DNA of 64,000 bases from Camelus ferus (GCF_009834535.1 NC_045696.1:108564001-108628000), one strand, 5' to 3'. Positions 11,507-25,482 are shown, counted from the first letter of the stretch. Numbers and translations: made by a program. The notes: a model not told the origin generated them from the sequence alone.

Positions 11507-14500
11507 CTGCAAAAGAACAAAGGGCCGAGGTCAGCAGCCTGCTCCTGAGCACACGGGCCCCCTCAGTTTTTGGTCCTGCAGATCTGCTAGTTGTCCCCAG
11601 CCCCAGGGCATCCCTCAAAATAGGGACAGACTGGCTTGGACAAACCAGCTCTGGACCACGGGGTGGTGATGCTCTAAAGAGGGGGGTCTGAGCGAGTGGC
11701 TGATTCTCACAGCCTGGCAGGGGGACACATAGTCATTTTCCACTCCTTCCCCCTCCAGGGTTCAGAGGCAGAATAGCAAAGCACATCCGTCTTTGACCTC
11801 AGCGGAAGCACACGTTGGCACCCTGCCCACCTCTCTCTGTCTCAGTTTCTGCATCCTCACTCAAGACCTTCCTGGTCACTTCTCGCAATGGTTGTTCTAG
11901 ATCACTCCTTAAGGGCCCTCAAGTCTTCAGACAAATGATTTTGTCTAAGAGCTTGAGGCCATTCAGGACTGCCTCGCACCCCTGCTTCTACTGTCACCTT
12001 GGCAAGTGTGTGTCTGGGTCCTCATCTTCCAAGTTCCGCTCCGCCAGCATCCAGGGAGGGCATGTCCCTCCTCCCTGGAGAGCAGGGCCTGTGTCCTCAC
12101 CCGTCCCACTATTCAGGGGGCCAGCCCCCACTCCTGTGTGTCACTCTCTTCGGCACTGCCCTGCCCTCTACTGTCCCTGTTACCTGCACACGTGTTGTCG
12201 GGTGTGCATAGACGCAGCTTGTGTATCTCATCCCTCTGACTCTCCCCACCAATGTGAGGTCCTTAAAGTGTCCCTACTTCCTCTCTTTCTGCTAATCTTA
12301 CCCAACACGTGGTTTGTACCTGGATTTTGGTAGCCTCCCATCTTTTCTTCCACTCCCTGCCTACCAAATCCGAACTTCTCTTGTAAAAAAGATCTCTGAC
12401 TCCCTAAAACTATTATCAGATAAAGAAAAAACTCCTAAATCTCGGTCCTTGGATCTTTTGTAACAAAGTCAACTCCAGGCTCTCACATGCCCCCAAATTG
12501 CCACCTTCCTGTCCCCCCAGGTGCCACAGCCCTGACCACCAGGCCTCTGCCTAGACTGCTTTCCCAGGCCGAAATGCCTCTCTCCAGGCCTCCCCTGCGT
12601 TCTCCAGGTGCCTTAAGCCTCTCCCCCTCAAGCCGCTTCTTCTAGGAAAGCACCCCTCACTATTCCAGCCCACGGACTCTCGTCTGACGTCCCACCCTCA
12701 GCACCTTCGTACACACCATCCCGCCTCTGATCATTTCCACGCGAGCATCTTGGAGATGATGGCTCACCCCGCAGTGTGCAGCAACAAAGTTTAGAATCTG
12801 GGTCTGCCCCTGTTTCCACCATGAATCTTAGAGCAAAATGGCGACCTTAGTGAAAAAGAAGACCTTGGGTCACCAGGAGGGAGGCCCAGAGTCCTATGTG
12901 CTGATCTAGGGTACTGTGACAAGTTCAGGCACAACAGCCCAGGAGACATGTGACACACGAGGGGAAAGTTAATGATGAGAAGCCATATCCTTAGTAAGCC
13001 ATCTGTAAGCCATATCCTTAGTCAAACCACAGAAGAAATGTGTGAAGCTGAACCAGGACAAAAGAATACAGCACAACAGTAAGAAATTACTGTTGTCTTA
13101 AAATATGTAAAAGTCTACTTTACAAAGGCTACAATGGATGACATGATGTGTGATCATTCACTCATTTGGCCAGGCGGTCAGCTGATGTCATACTACCATG
13201 TGTTGGGCACTACACAAGGGCTGCAGGTCCCAAGTCATGGTCTCTCCCCTTGGGTCCCCAATACCTTGTGAGGTGGGGCCAAAAATAAACAGAGTATGAC
13301 AGCAGTGCCAACTGAGTGACCTGGCAGAGGGGGAGTGGCAGAGGGTCCCCCAGCCCAGACTGATAAGGAGGTCGGGAGGGGCTCATAGAAAGGGTGGCAT
13401 GAGTGAGTCAGGGAAGATGAAAGAAATTAGTCCCATGGATGAATGAGGAGAGTGAGAGTTGAACTGAATATCCCCTGAGAACAGATTAAAACATGCAAAG
13501 GCAAGGCCCGCAGGAGTTCAGGAACCTGCAAGAAACGGGGCATCTCTGGAGTGTAGGTGGCATAGCGGCTGGTGATGAATGACTTGGAAGCAGTTGTAAG
13601 GGACCACAGGCCAGAGGCCAGCTCAAATAGACAGCTGAAAGTTACAGAGAGGCCCGTGCCCCTAAGGGAGGCAATATCCATTGGCCTCTGGGAGGGGCCT
13701 CCCCAGCCTCTATCTGATCTATTTTAAAAAAATGAGTTTACCACCAACACCAACGCCACCCCCATCACCACCAATCAGGGATTCAGCAGAAAGAAGGGCG
13801 TCCACCCTAGGAGAGGTGCCACCTAGAGCTTTGGTCATTACTGTCTTGACACACTGGAGATCTGAAGCTATGAAAATCATCGTCCACCTTACGAATTAGG
13901 ACAAAATCCCATTGCTACAAAATCCAGGCGGCTGCCTGAATTCCATGGCTTTATGGGAATTGGATGCAAGGACGCACTGCTTGAAATACGTGAGGCACTG
14001 GCTGGGCAGCTCTTTTTACTGAAAAATGTATGTGGGTGTATTGGCATTTGGATCGTGAGGACCAAACATGAACCCATCACCACTTTATCGTCCATGCATT
14101 CTTCAAGAAGTTCAGTGATTAAAATGAGTATCCGCCCTTTTCCCTCTCAAACCATTAGTCAATCACAGACAAATAAGGGAGAGCAAAGAGCAGGGTTGCT
14201 TTTTCTCTTGTTGCTTATGACAGATTTTTATAAGCATCTGGGAGACAGAGGCTGCATCTGTCTAGGGCAGAGACCACGCCTTCTTCCTCCCTCCATCCCC
14301 AACCTAGCACAAGGCTCCCCCTGCCCGGGTGCCCAGCTTCTCAGTGCTAAATGAATGAATAAACAGCACACTTCGGAACAGTTGTTTGAACCGATCGATT
14401 GAGCACAAAATATTGCCAAGGTCTGAAAGGGTTTCTATGAGAAAATCATCCTAAATTGGAAGGGTAGAAATTCCCAAGGTCTCAACCAGCCCGTTCGAGC

Positions 14501-14859
14501 CTAGACAGTTATTATGGAGGGTGAGTCCTCAGCTAAACGCTTAATCATTAAGACAGCCGAGCGCAGATGTCGATGCTCCTCCCCTGATTTGCCTACAAGC
14601 ACTGATGCCAGGAGTGAAAAGTGCTACAAGACAGTAAACAGGAGAGGATGATGAATGGAAACGTATTAAAATGGGGATGGAGATGAACATGGGAGAGGCT
14701 CTGGGAGTGTCATCAGCTCGATGGCATCTGAGCTCTCTATTAATGAGCTGTTGCAGGAGGCAAAAACCTCATTGATTGTATTCACGGCGCTGAAATTGAA
14801 AGGTGTCCCAAGCACAAACCGAGAGGGTAATATGGAGCGGAAGACCCAGGGAGGGTTTT

Positions 14860-15068
14860 CAGGGCTTGGCAAACTACAGCCACTGGCCAGCTACCTGCTT
14901 TTGTAAATAAACTTTTATTGGATCCCCGCCACTTCCATCTAGGGACATGCTGCCCACGGCTGCTTTCCTGCTACAGAGGCAGAGTTAGTAGTTGGGATGA
15001 GGACTCTATGACCCACAAGCCTGAAATATTCACAGCCTGCTCCTCACAGAAGAAGTTTGCGGCTCCTC
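14860..15068. mobile_element. MER58A-like hAT-Charlie MITE
   Basis: cagggcttggcaaactacagcc...ttttgtaaataaacttttattgga...cccacaagcctgaaatattcac...aagtttgc matches the MER58 layout as recalled. Confidence 0.75.
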
Positions 15069-17009
15069 CATCCATAGGATGGAGGAATGATGGGTTTTGT
15101 TTCTTTGGACTGAATTCCAGACATCCGCTGGGCTGAGTTCTGTTCGTGGTGGCATCTTCTACAGCCCAGGATTCCACGACCTTGTGGAGCAGGTGGGTGA
15201 ATCATTCTGGTTACAAACACTTGGATTTAAAATTAAGACACAATCTCTTATTTCAGGGGCCATGCTAATTCTGAGGTCCTCAGTGTCAACACGGTTTCAT
15301 CTAATCCTACAGTGAGCTCAGAAATATACTGAAACACAATAAAACTGTTTAGAGTTCTGGTTCTGTGGTTCCCTAGCTATGACCTGTGCAGTCACGGGTA
15401 AGCCATTTAACCTTTCTGTGACTTATTTCCATCGGCCAGAAATTGGTTATATCTGGCTTTCAAGTATCTTTATTTCTTTTGAGGATCAGAAGTCATCTAT
15501 CTGTGAGTATCTGGCATATAATAGGTACTCAATATATGATGAATTATTATCATTGTGGTTATTATTTCAAAATACCCTCACAAGGTCCTGTCTTTTCTTT
15601 AGACATATTGGAAATGGTCAAGGCAATGTAGCAGACTTCATAGTTAAGCACTTTATAAGTGAGGGATCTATCATAATATATGGAATGGTAACCAACGCTT
15701 GGGCAGAGGACTTTCTGCGTTTCTGAGGAAAGCAGTCTATCCTCTGGGACACCAGTATGCTTCACTGAGGTGTGGAAGCACCCTCAGGCACTGAGCTGCT
15801 GTGCATGTGTTCTGTTAATAATTAGTATAAATTACCGGGAGGTAGGGACAGGGCCTGAAAGAGGAGGATGACCCTCCTTCACAGCATCAGATGTTGAGAT
15901 TAACTACAGTTTTTCCACGGAGGAGACCTGCACGGACAGGGAAAGGCCGTGGAGGAGTTGCGCATGGATCGGGGAATGAGGAGCCATGGTTTTGGTTCCG
16001 AGCCCGCCCCATCCCCAACCCTGCTGTCATTAAGCCCTTCAGCCCCGCCCTGGGGTGACTGCCCTTTGCTCTACAGATGAGGAGGAAGGCAAGTGGTTTC
16101 CACACATCCAGCCCCTTCCCAGCACTGCCACGGGCTGCAGGGCAAAGAACCCAGGCTGTAGATCCTTTGCTAGCTGTGCGATCTGGCCAAGTTGGTTTTG
16201 TCAGTTTTTTAACTTCTTTGTGAATGAGTTTCTTTCCCCAAAGCAGCAATACTAGTATTTACCAAACTGGGATGTGAGGGGAAGAGGAGGTAATGTTTAG
16301 AAAGCCCCTAGCACCCAAAAGAGGCACCCTAGGGAGAAATTGTTACTATTTTCCTGAGATAAGCCACAAGGCTCTAGTTCACGTGTGTGCGGAAAGGCGG
16401 ACTGGAGTGGAAGCTTGCTGTGACTCTGACATCACGCTGTTTACTGGTCACTCATGATATTCTATTCTATCGAACTGTTAGATTAACTTGGCGGTGATAT
16501 GAGGCCATGTGGCCAATTGGCTAAAGAACATTTTGGAATGTCAACATTCACCTTATTAACTGATAAAAAGTAGCAAATAAGGGCCCCCAATTAAAAGCTG
16601 AAAGGATATAATGGTGGCTTATGAATCCAGATAGTTTAAATTACCCCAATTTCTTGCATTATCAGAATCAACTGTGTACAAAACCCAGGAGCCTCTAAAT
16701 GAGTCAAAAGCAGCCTAACCCTCGCCTTGCTGGCCAAGTTCAGCTGTAATGGCTGGAGGGCATGCCTCTTCGCAGACTAGACTGCGACCCATCTGGCCTT
16801 CCACTCTCAGCGAGGTAAATTGGTATCATTTTACAAATGCGAAAATGGATCTAGAGCGGTTCAGTCATGGGGCCACGGCTGTGTGGCTGTCAGTTACGGA
16901 GGGCCCTGGAAACTGGGGCTCCTGCCTCCCAGTGCAGTCGAGTTCCACCATCCAACAAGGCCTCCATATTGGAGGTGGCAGGTCTTCATCCTTTTCTTAG
17001 TGCCACTGC

Positions 17010-18056
17010 CCCACTGGATGATCTCAGCCTATCTAAGGGCTTTTGTACCATCTACATACTGACAACTTCCAAATGGACATCTCCAGCCAGGTCCTCTCGC
17101 CTGAACCCCAGACACGCACATCCAGCCGCCTTCTCCACGCCTCCACTTGGCTCTCTCAAAGGCATGTCAGACGTTGAGCTCAACTTCCCTCACCACAGAC
17201 ATGCCCCACCCACAGTGATCCCTTTCTCAGTCACCAGTGGTTCCATCTTTCTACTGACTCAGGGCAAAACCCTCCCACATCCAAAATCCAACCTGTTGGA
17301 AATCCTGTTGGCTCTATCTTCAGTATATATTCCTGCAAATCAACTCTGTTTCACCAGCCCTCTACTTCCTCTCTGATTCAAGCCACAATCCTCCTTGCCT
17401 TAGATGATTGTGATCTAGCAGGTCTATTTTCCATGGAAAAGCAAGCCCGAATGATCCCTTTAAAATGTAAGTCATTTTGTGTCGCCTCTATTCCAAACCC
17501 CACTACAGATCCCTACCTCACTCAGTGGAAAAGCTCAAGTTCTTAAGGCCCAATATGAATGCGTCCTCTGATTGCCTTTCCCCTGTCTACTCTTTCCCTA
17601 CTGCATGCATCACTTCAGTCATACAGCTCTCCTTCCTGCTCCATGAATCATCAATCATGATCCTGCCTCAGGGCCTTTGCACAGGCTCTCTCTCCCACAG
17701 GTACCTGCTTCACAATACCAGTACCTCCTTCAGGTCTTTCCTTAGAACTTACCTCCTCCAACAAGCCTACTTTTACTTTTATATTTATTTCTGCAACCTA
17801 CTCCTCCTCCAAACTTGACCCTCCTGATCCCGTTTACCTTGATCTACTTTGCCCCCTCTTTCCACTCCTCTTTTTCAAACACACTGTATAATTACCTTAT
17901 TTGTTACATTCATTGTTCATTGTGTGTCTCCTTCTATTGGACAGTAAGCTTCTTGAGGGCAGGAAACCTTCTTTTGATCACTAATCTACCCTAGAATAGT
18001 ACCCGCCATATAGCAGGCACTTGATAAATACTTCCTGAACAAATACGTAAATAAAT
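17010..18056 (+). mobile_element. LINE-2 (L2a-like) 3' ~1 kb fragment
   Basis: taccatctacatactgacaacttccaaat (RT YADD relic), ctcagggcctttgcac, gtaagcttcttgagggcagg, and 3' end atagcaggcacttgataaatac. Confidence 0.8.
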
Positions 18057-18584
18057 TTGGTGTTTGTACAAATTATGTGCTGGGTCAGTAGAGAAAGTAC
18101 CATATTTTCTGGGGATTTTGCAAATGCTACAGGTCATCATGGTGGAAGGAAGGCCTTGCTTCCCCCACAGCTAGCCCAGGGGTCAACTCCACAGGGTACC
18201 ATTTCCTCTTTTTTGGAGCACATGCCCTGCTGTCATGCCCAGCAGCAGCTGTGAAAGAACAGTCAATGAAAATAATATATAATATATAAATTTCCATTTC
18301 CATTGATTTCAATCTCATCCTTTTACATTTCCATTTAAATATTTTAAACCTCCATACATGGCTCGGTGCAGTAGTACCTGCATACAATTTGTAAATAAAC
18401 AATATTACATTGGAGGTAAATGATCAAAAATGCTAAAAAACACTAATTTACAAAACCACAAACTCTTCAGAAGGTTCAGGGGACACCAGGTGCTTTTGTA
18501 GCCACTGCATTAGTGTAGCAAGCACATGGCTGGGAGAATGGGCTTGGTCCTCGCCATCCCTGACAGTCCAGTGAGCTGGCTCAC

Positions 18585-18709
18585 CTTCTCATAGTACCGG
18601 ATCTCATAGTCCAGGATGATGCCATTGGGCTGCTCTGGCTGTGGCCACGACAAGGTGATGCTCCTCATGGTGGCGCTGACCTGGTGCATGATGGGAACAG
18701 TGGAAGGGG
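18585..18709 (-). CDS. EPHB1: EPHB1 FN3-2 N-terminal exon (probable exon 6, 125 bp): (A)[41 protein letters not shown]
   Basis: Minus strand reads tctccctctctccgcag|CCCCTTCCACTGTTCCCATCATGCAC...TACTATGAGAAG|gtgagc, phase 1-0. Absent from the ORF track; translated by hand. Confidence 0.97.
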
Positions 18710-19335
18710 CTGCGGAGAGAGGGAGAGACAGGGCAGGTGAGCAGACTCTCGACTAGATGAGAGGTGCCGTCTTTCAGAGAAAAGCAGGCAGAGAAATATC
18801 ACTGGGTTGGAACCCTGCCCTTTCTTTCTTTCCCATCAGCTGAGCTGGATCTACAGAACTTCCCATGGGTTTTGCAGAATGAATGGAGTTTGGATACCAA
18901 AGGAGAGAAAAGATGACAGTTTAGGATGGGAGAACGTGTGTGAGGGCAGGGGCTGGAGCAGTAATGGTGTTTTCTGGGCAGGAACGAGCAAGGCTTGGAA
19001 AAAGAGGTGGTTGGAGGAATCACAGGAAAACAGTGTGGAAACTCTGGGGAAGCTGGAGTCAGGCACGGAGAGCATGACCAGCAGGACAAGCCCAGGCTTC
19101 AGGCATTAGGACAAGAGGAGCCATGGGATGGTTTTGAGTAGATAATGTGGAAGGAACTTCAGTCTTGCAGTAATGGGCTGAGCCATCACAGGGAAGAGAA
19201 TCTGGGGGCAAGGATGACAGCGAGAGAGCAGAACTAGTCAGATCAGAATTGCTGAGTGGTGGGAAGGAACATTCTAGCAAATATCTCCTTCTGAGATGGC
19301 ATGTAAAATTTTCCTGTGTTTCTAAAGTTAGAGAA

Positions 19336-19490
19336 GGGGTAGGGTGTAGTTCAGTGGAAGAGTGTGTGCCTAGCTAGCATGCACGAGGTCCTGGGTTCAA
19401 GCCCTGGTACCTCCATTAAATAAATAGATGAATAAAACTAATTACCTGCCCCTCCAAAAAAAATTAAGTAAATAATATTTAAAAATTTAA
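19336..19490 (+). mobile_element. tRNA-derived SINE (Vic-1-like), more diverged copy
   Basis: gggtgtagttcagtggaagag...gcatgcacgaggtcctgggttcaagccctggtacctcca + taaataa..ctaattacctgcccctcc-A tail; has an internal tagc duplication. Confidence 0.88.
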
Positions 19491-20330
19491 AAAAACTCAG
19501 TGAGATACCATTTCACACCCACTAGTTTGGCAAAAATGAGAAAACCTGATAAAATCGAATGTGGCTCAAGAATAACATTGGGGAAAAATTTTTTTAAAAA
19601 AAGTAAAGAGGGGGGTATCTCTCAAAAAGACACGAACACAGACCAACAACAGTGTTCTCTTAGACTTCCTGTCAGTTTTCCAAATGAGGCTGTCTGCTAT
19701 CAAGAGCTCACAAATATAAATGAAGAAATGATACACGAACCAACCAAACATTTGGAAACAGAATAATCATTCCAAAATCTGCGAAGTGCTTCTGAAATCT
19801 CCGTTTAAAAAGAAGATTATTTATTTCCAAATTTGACATTTTTCACACGGTGTAAAATGAAAACAGTCTGGAAATAATAAATGAGGGCTGTCTGTCTAGG
19901 GGAGGAGGTGGGTTATGGATGAGGCTGCAGTCCGTGCTCTGCTCAGGGGCTGTTCCGTTTAGTACTGGTGCTTCTGCAGTGATGAAGGTCGTTTCCTCGC
20001 ACAAACTCCACTTTCCAAGGGTTTCTTTGGGGACCATGGCTGAGCGACATTTACTATCCGCATTCTAAGTTAACAGATTCCCCTCCAAGACCTGAAATTG
20101 CAGAGCATGGCTACCGGGTCACAGGGGTTACTGCGTTCTCCGCGATCTGCTGGACTCTCAGTGGGCACCTACTACACGAGCCCCCGGCCAGGGTGGAGAT
20201 GCAGAGCACTTGTTCTGAAGATGCTCACAGTCCAGAGAGCCATAGGAGAGCACAGTGTGAGGGGTGCTGTGAGGAGCCCTTAGACTCAGAGTGTCTGCCT
20301 GGGATTTTGCCTGGTTCCCATTAGAGACCT

Positions 20331-20740
20331 TGCGATGGCCTCGAAAATGTGCCTCTCAGAGATCCTACTCTTGGGAGCATCACTGCCTAACAGGCCCAGC
20401 TCTGCATTCTGTAGTCCATCACCACATAGAGCCTGCTTCCCACATGCTGCTCCCAGCCAAGGGCTGAGAGTGGCAAGGATGCTATGGTAGGTCCATTCCT
20501 GACTCTTCTGATGGACGACTTTCGCTCAAGCACTCCCCACTGGACTTCACAGTGCTTCCTTGTACTCGTGGCAGTCTAAGACTCTCCCCATCCAATCCTC
20601 CTTCCTTCTCTCTCTCCTTTGGAAGGATTAGGCTTCGTTGTGGTCTGATGGCTCTCCCAGCCTCTTATTTTCCCAGTAAATCTCTGGCAAATCTAATACC
20701 ATCTTGGCATCTGCTTCAGTGGAGGACCTGAATTGATGCA
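20331..20740 (+). mobile_element. LTR16-like ERVL solo LTR
   Basis: TG...CA ends; 3' end cccagtaaatctctggcaaatctaataccatcttggcatctgcttc..gaggacc resembles the LTR16 family as recalled. Confidence 0.65.
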
Positions 20741-21472
20741 GTCCTGAAGTCCCCTGTCAAGTAGTCTCTGCCCAGCCCTGCTGCGTCCCCAGGGATGGGA
20801 GGCTCATTGTCTCTAGGAACCGCTGCTCCATACCTGGATAGCACTCACCAATCTGCACATCTTCCTTATTCGTATCTGAAATATGTCTTCTTCCCACTGG
20901 TCTCAGCTCTGCCAACTGAAGTAATATAGAATGTTCCCTCTTCCACGGAACAGGCTTGTCAAAAAGTTCAAGAAACTAGTTAGGTCTCCCCTGAGTTTTT
21001 CCCACTGCAAAGAATGGCCAGATACTGTGAACATTTCTCCCATGATATGCTCTTTTCCAAATGGGGCTCATGTTATCTAAATCTCTCTAGGCGTGAGGCT
21101 CAGAGGTGAACTCAAGTTCTCTCACTGCTGTTTGAACAGCAAAGATTAGAGTAAAACTAATATCCACCATGATCTGTGTACTATACATCTATTAACGTGA
21201 CCATTAGCCTTTGCTTCAAAAACATGTCCCCACTGTTTGATTTTGAAACCATAGTCAAATATAACCTTCAGGTTTTCCCATGGTATGCTCCTCATCTTTG
21301 GTCTACAGGGTTGACTTTGGGCTTTGACTCCAGGGATTTACATGTCTCTAGGTATCTTTATGGTGTCAAATCTGGCCTATTAATCTAGTAAGTTGAAATC
21401 ACTTTTGATCCTGGTTCAACCATCAAATGCATCTTCTCTTCCTTCCAACTTAGTCTCATGGCCCAGATTCAC

Positions 21473-22790
21473 TATTTATTTAAGCAAATATTTACTGAGC
21501 AACTGTCACGTGCCAGTAACTGTCTTAGATTCTAGAGATGCCATTGTGAGCAAATTAAAATCACTTGCCTTCATAGAGCTTCTCTTCTATTGGAGGGATT
21601 CAGAGACTAGACACAATAAATAAATGAACCACGACGTATGTTAAAAATATTAAATACAATGGGAAGAGGAGATAAAGAATGGATAGGGATGCAGGGAAGG
21701 AACCCGGGATGCCAAAATGTAGAAGGCTGGCTGGATGAAGGCTGCGTTCTAAACTATGTGGTCAGCCAAGCCCTGCCTGAGAAGTAGGTTTAGGAGCACA
21801 GGAGGGAGGAAGCCAGCCAGATACCTGGGAGAAAAGCATGTGATGGGGAGAGGCCAGGGAAAAGTTTGATCTGGGAGCAGCCTGGCATTTCAAGGCAACA
21901 GCAAAGAGCCAGTGGGACTGATGGAGAGAAGAGGCCACAGATGGTAGGGCCCCGAGAGACACCGAGAGGATGCTGGCTTCTACTGAGTGCAGTGAAGACC
22001 CATGGGAGGGTCGTGAACAAAGGAGTGACATCATGTGACTTACACGTTGACAGAACACCCCCTCCCGCTGTATTGCGAATAGAGCGCAGGGGGCTGTGTG
22101 AAAGCTGAAAGAATCCTCCCAGCACTATTGCACTAATCCAGCTGGAAGAGCGTGGTGACTTGGACCAGGCTCAGAGTGGTGGAGGTGGTGAGAGTGGAGG
22201 TGGTCAGATTCTGAATATATTTAGACTATCTCAATGGCTGTGGGATGTGGAAGACACAGAAGAATCAAAATGGCTCCCAGGTTTCTGTTCTGAGCAGCCG
22301 GAACGGTGGATGTTATCAACTGAGATCAGGGGAGATGTCAGCACAGGCAGCGTGGGAGGAAAGATCGGGCGCTCCGCTTTGGCCCTGTTCGCTTTGAGAC
22401 ATCCAGGATGTCCCAGAGTAGATGCTGAGGAGGCAGATGCACGCAGAAGAGGTCCAGGCTGGGGTCATAAAACTGAAGTCATCAGTATCGCAAAGATACT
22501 GAAAGCACCAGGAAATAACAAGAGATCACCAAGAAAAGGAGCAGAAGAGAATATGTATTCTGAGATTCAGGAGATGAGGGAAAGCCACCAAGGGGCCTGA
22601 GAAAGAAAGGCCAGTGAAGTGGGAGGAGAACCAGGGTGCGGTTGCCTAGAAGTGAAGCGGGAGTCTCTGTTCCGGGAGGGCAGGACGTGTGGGATGCGGC
22701 TGCTGAGCCACTGACGTGAAACGAGGAACCGAGGGCAGCTTTAGTGTAGGCTGGATGATTAACGGGGTGGCTGGCCCGAGGCTCTTTTTT
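21473..22790 (-). mobile_element. LINE-2 fragment
   Basis: Starts with the reverse-complement L2 3' end (tttatttaagcaaatatttactgagcaactgtcacgtgccag), followed by purine-rich L2 body (cagattctgaatatattt, ctgagcagccggaacggtgg). Confidence 0.75.
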
Positions 22791-23078
22791 CCCCAAGACC
22801 TGTGTGCACCGCGCAGAGCCCCGGGACAGGGTGAAGTCACCTCGGGGAAGATGAGGCGGTGTTCTGGTGTCCGTCGGGATGGTTTGGGACCCTGCTGAAT
22901 CCACCAGGACGGGGAGGGGATAATAGTCCCCCAAAGTCCCCTCCCCCAACCAGACTGAAAGAGCCGCCCTGGAAACACGACTTGATCCACACGGTGTCGG
23001 TCATGTCAGTGCCATGTAGGCGTTCAGGATCCTTTCTGCCTCGAGAGCTGAAGCATCACGTATTAGAAATTAGAAAGT

Positions 23079-23222
23079 GGGGAGGGTAGAGCTCAGTGGC
23101 AGAGCTCATGCCTAGCATGCATGAGTCCCTGGGTTCAATCCCCAGTACCTCCATTAAATAAATACATAAATAAACCTAATTACCTCCTCCCACACCCATC
23201 CCCCCAAAAAACAAGAAAAAAA
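23079..23222 (+). mobile_element. tRNA-derived SINE (Vic-1-like)
   Basis: ggggagggtagagctcagtggcagag...ctgggttcaatccccagtacctcca..aaacctaattacctcc; approximate TSD aaatt(a/g)gaaag. Confidence 0.9.
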
Positions 23223-23386
23223 ATTGGAAAGACTAATCTTGAGGATTTTGATGGGCTTGGTTCTCTTCTTTGCCTCAAATCCCTGGAAAGCCATCATTCA
23301 AAACTCATGTTTGCCAACCATTGTGCCAGCCCCTGGCTCTGACCACCCAGGACAGAAGGACAAATGAGAAAGTCACAATCCTAGGT

Positions 23387-23580
23387 GGGGAGGGTAGAGC
23401 TCAAGTGGTAGAGAGCATGTTCAGCATGCATGAGGTCCTGGGTTCAATCCCCAGCACCTCCTCTAAGAATAAATAAATAAATAAACCTAATTACCTCCTC
23501 CCACACAAACACACACACACACAATGAAGAACCTAATTACCTCCTCCAAAAAAAGATGAAAAAATAATTGAAAAAAAAAA
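23387..23580 (+). mobile_element. tRNA-derived SINE (Vic-1-like) with duplicated tail motif and (CA)n
   Basis: Same head; aacctaattacctcctcc occurs twice; TSD aaagtcaca(a/g)tcct at 23369-23382 and 23581-23594. Confidence 0.9.
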
Positions 23581-23993
23581 AAAGTCACAGTCCTGCCGTG
23601 AAGTCCTGGTTGGGGTCAGACGAGAAAAAGGCAATCATTCTGCAGGATGTTCCAGAGGCAAGGGAGAGCCACACCCACCGAGAGGCACGCCCTATTACGC
23701 AGATGCAAGGACCTCCCAGGGGCCAATCAGCAGCGCACAGATCCAGGAGAAGCTGCCAGAGTAACAGTCACCGCTGCCAGCGTTTCTTAGGTTTATGGGG
23801 ATGACAGCAGTGTCACAGACCCCTTGGTGGGCTGTTTATCCTCAAAGAGGTCACTCGAAATGTCTTAACAGTTTAATAGAGATGGGATTTTGCACAGGGG
23901 AGAAAGTAAGAAAGTAGTGGGAGTTCTCCTCCCTGAAAATCAGGCACAGCTCTCATTTGGTATTCTGCCATCGGTGATCACCGACTGTGACGG

Positions 23994-24022
23994 GTTTGTT
24001 TGTTTGTTTGTTTCTTTCTTTC
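23994..24022. repeat. Compound (GTTT)n(CTTT)n microsatellite
   Basis: gtttgtttgtttgtttgtttctttctttc. Confidence 0.8.
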
Positions 24023-24399
24023 TCCAAGTGCAAATGCCACATCTAGATCTGGTGTTTTACATGCTATAAAGCCTTCAGACGAAACAGAAAAATCAAAAAG
24101 GGCTCAGGTATCCACTCAGACACCGACTTCTAGCAAAACTAAGGCAGATTAAGAAGGGACGGGAAGATTCATTCAAAGAAGCAGCCCCCTGGGACCCCTG
24201 AATTCGATGGTTTGAACAGTAAGTCCTGGTCAGCTGTCTTTTCTCCATAAACCTGCATCCTCAGATGAAGGAACAGTTTCACTGAATGCTTGAATGAGTC
24301 TCTCCCACACAAGCACACAGAACGCTTTTGACTAAATTAAACATTCTATGGAGAGAAGAAGATGAAAATTATGAAAATTCAGCAAATAAGCAAATATAG

Positions 24400-24900
24400 A
24401 CCTTTCTTTAGAAAAAGTGAGGACAAAAATTAGCTTAGGGGTTATTTGGAAAGATGGTACTGAAGGATCCAGAAAGATGTGATTGGCCCATAAAGGCAGA
24501 GCTCGAAAAACCCAAACACAATCAAAATTGCCCTGCACTCCTCAATCAAATACAGAGGCGAACCCAAAAGGAAGCCAAGATTTGAAGACGAAGGAGGGGA
24601 AGGAAGGACAAGTGTCCTGTCAGGCACTGAGGAAAATCAGCAAGCAAACAGAATCAGAACCAGGAGTGTCTGAAAGAGCATCTGCAGCCAGTAAGAAGAA
24701 GCCCTTTAAATGTGTCACAAGTAGAGACTTGAACGTCATTGGTCAAGGGGCTCAGGGATGGAGACAATGCAAAGGCAGACTGAGTGAGCCTTCTCTGTTT
24801 TTGTCAAGGAAGACTTCGGGAAGAACTTACTCCCAAATTGCTTTTGAAGCAGACAGATCTAAGGTAGTATATCACAGACAGCACAGAATGCTCTTGCCTG
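24400..24900 (+). mobile_element. Possible ancient CR1/L3 ORF2 relic
   Basis: A-rich, lysine-rich translation (…ASKKKPFKCV…) reminiscent of CR1 ORF2 'NKKGFFKY'; weak. Confidence 0.3.
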
Positions 24901-25482
24901 AACTGACAAGTGAAATGTAGATTAAACTGCAGGGATAGGTTGGCCCCAATTGCAAGCGACGAAAGAACTCACAAGTGACAACGGACAAGCATCAGCCCAA
25001 ACTGCCAGTGGCATATGGATGAGACCCGGAAGAGCATCAGCCAGCCCTCCACTTGTAAGAAGGATTCCAAAGGAGTTTGTAAGGACTGCACTCCTGTGAG
25101 ACTCAGGCTGGGTCTGGGGGAATGGCGTGAATCTATCTCAGAAATTAATAACCCAAAATCTGGACCTTGGAATCTTCACATGTGGAGCATCAATCTCCTA
25201 TCCCAGGTTCACCTGGACCATATATTTTATATTTATGACATTCCTTGACCTTTTAATGTAGTTACTGACTCAGTCATGTTCAAAGTTTTCCCTTACTCAT
25301 TTTGTTTTCCTTATTTGCTAGGGGCATTTCCCCCCCACAACTAAGCATGTCAGATTCCAAAATGTGAGAATGAGTTGACGCTTTCTCCCTAGGACAGTTA
25401 TGAAGTTCTAAAACATTATGTTTGCTTATCAAAAATTACTTCCTAATGTCTTCATTGATTTTTGTGTAAAAAGAAGTCTTTC

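Noticed and set aside
12980..13022. Direct repeat aagccatatccttagt x2; similar 16-bp duplication at about 30130-30160
   Set aside because: Ordinary local slippage duplications.
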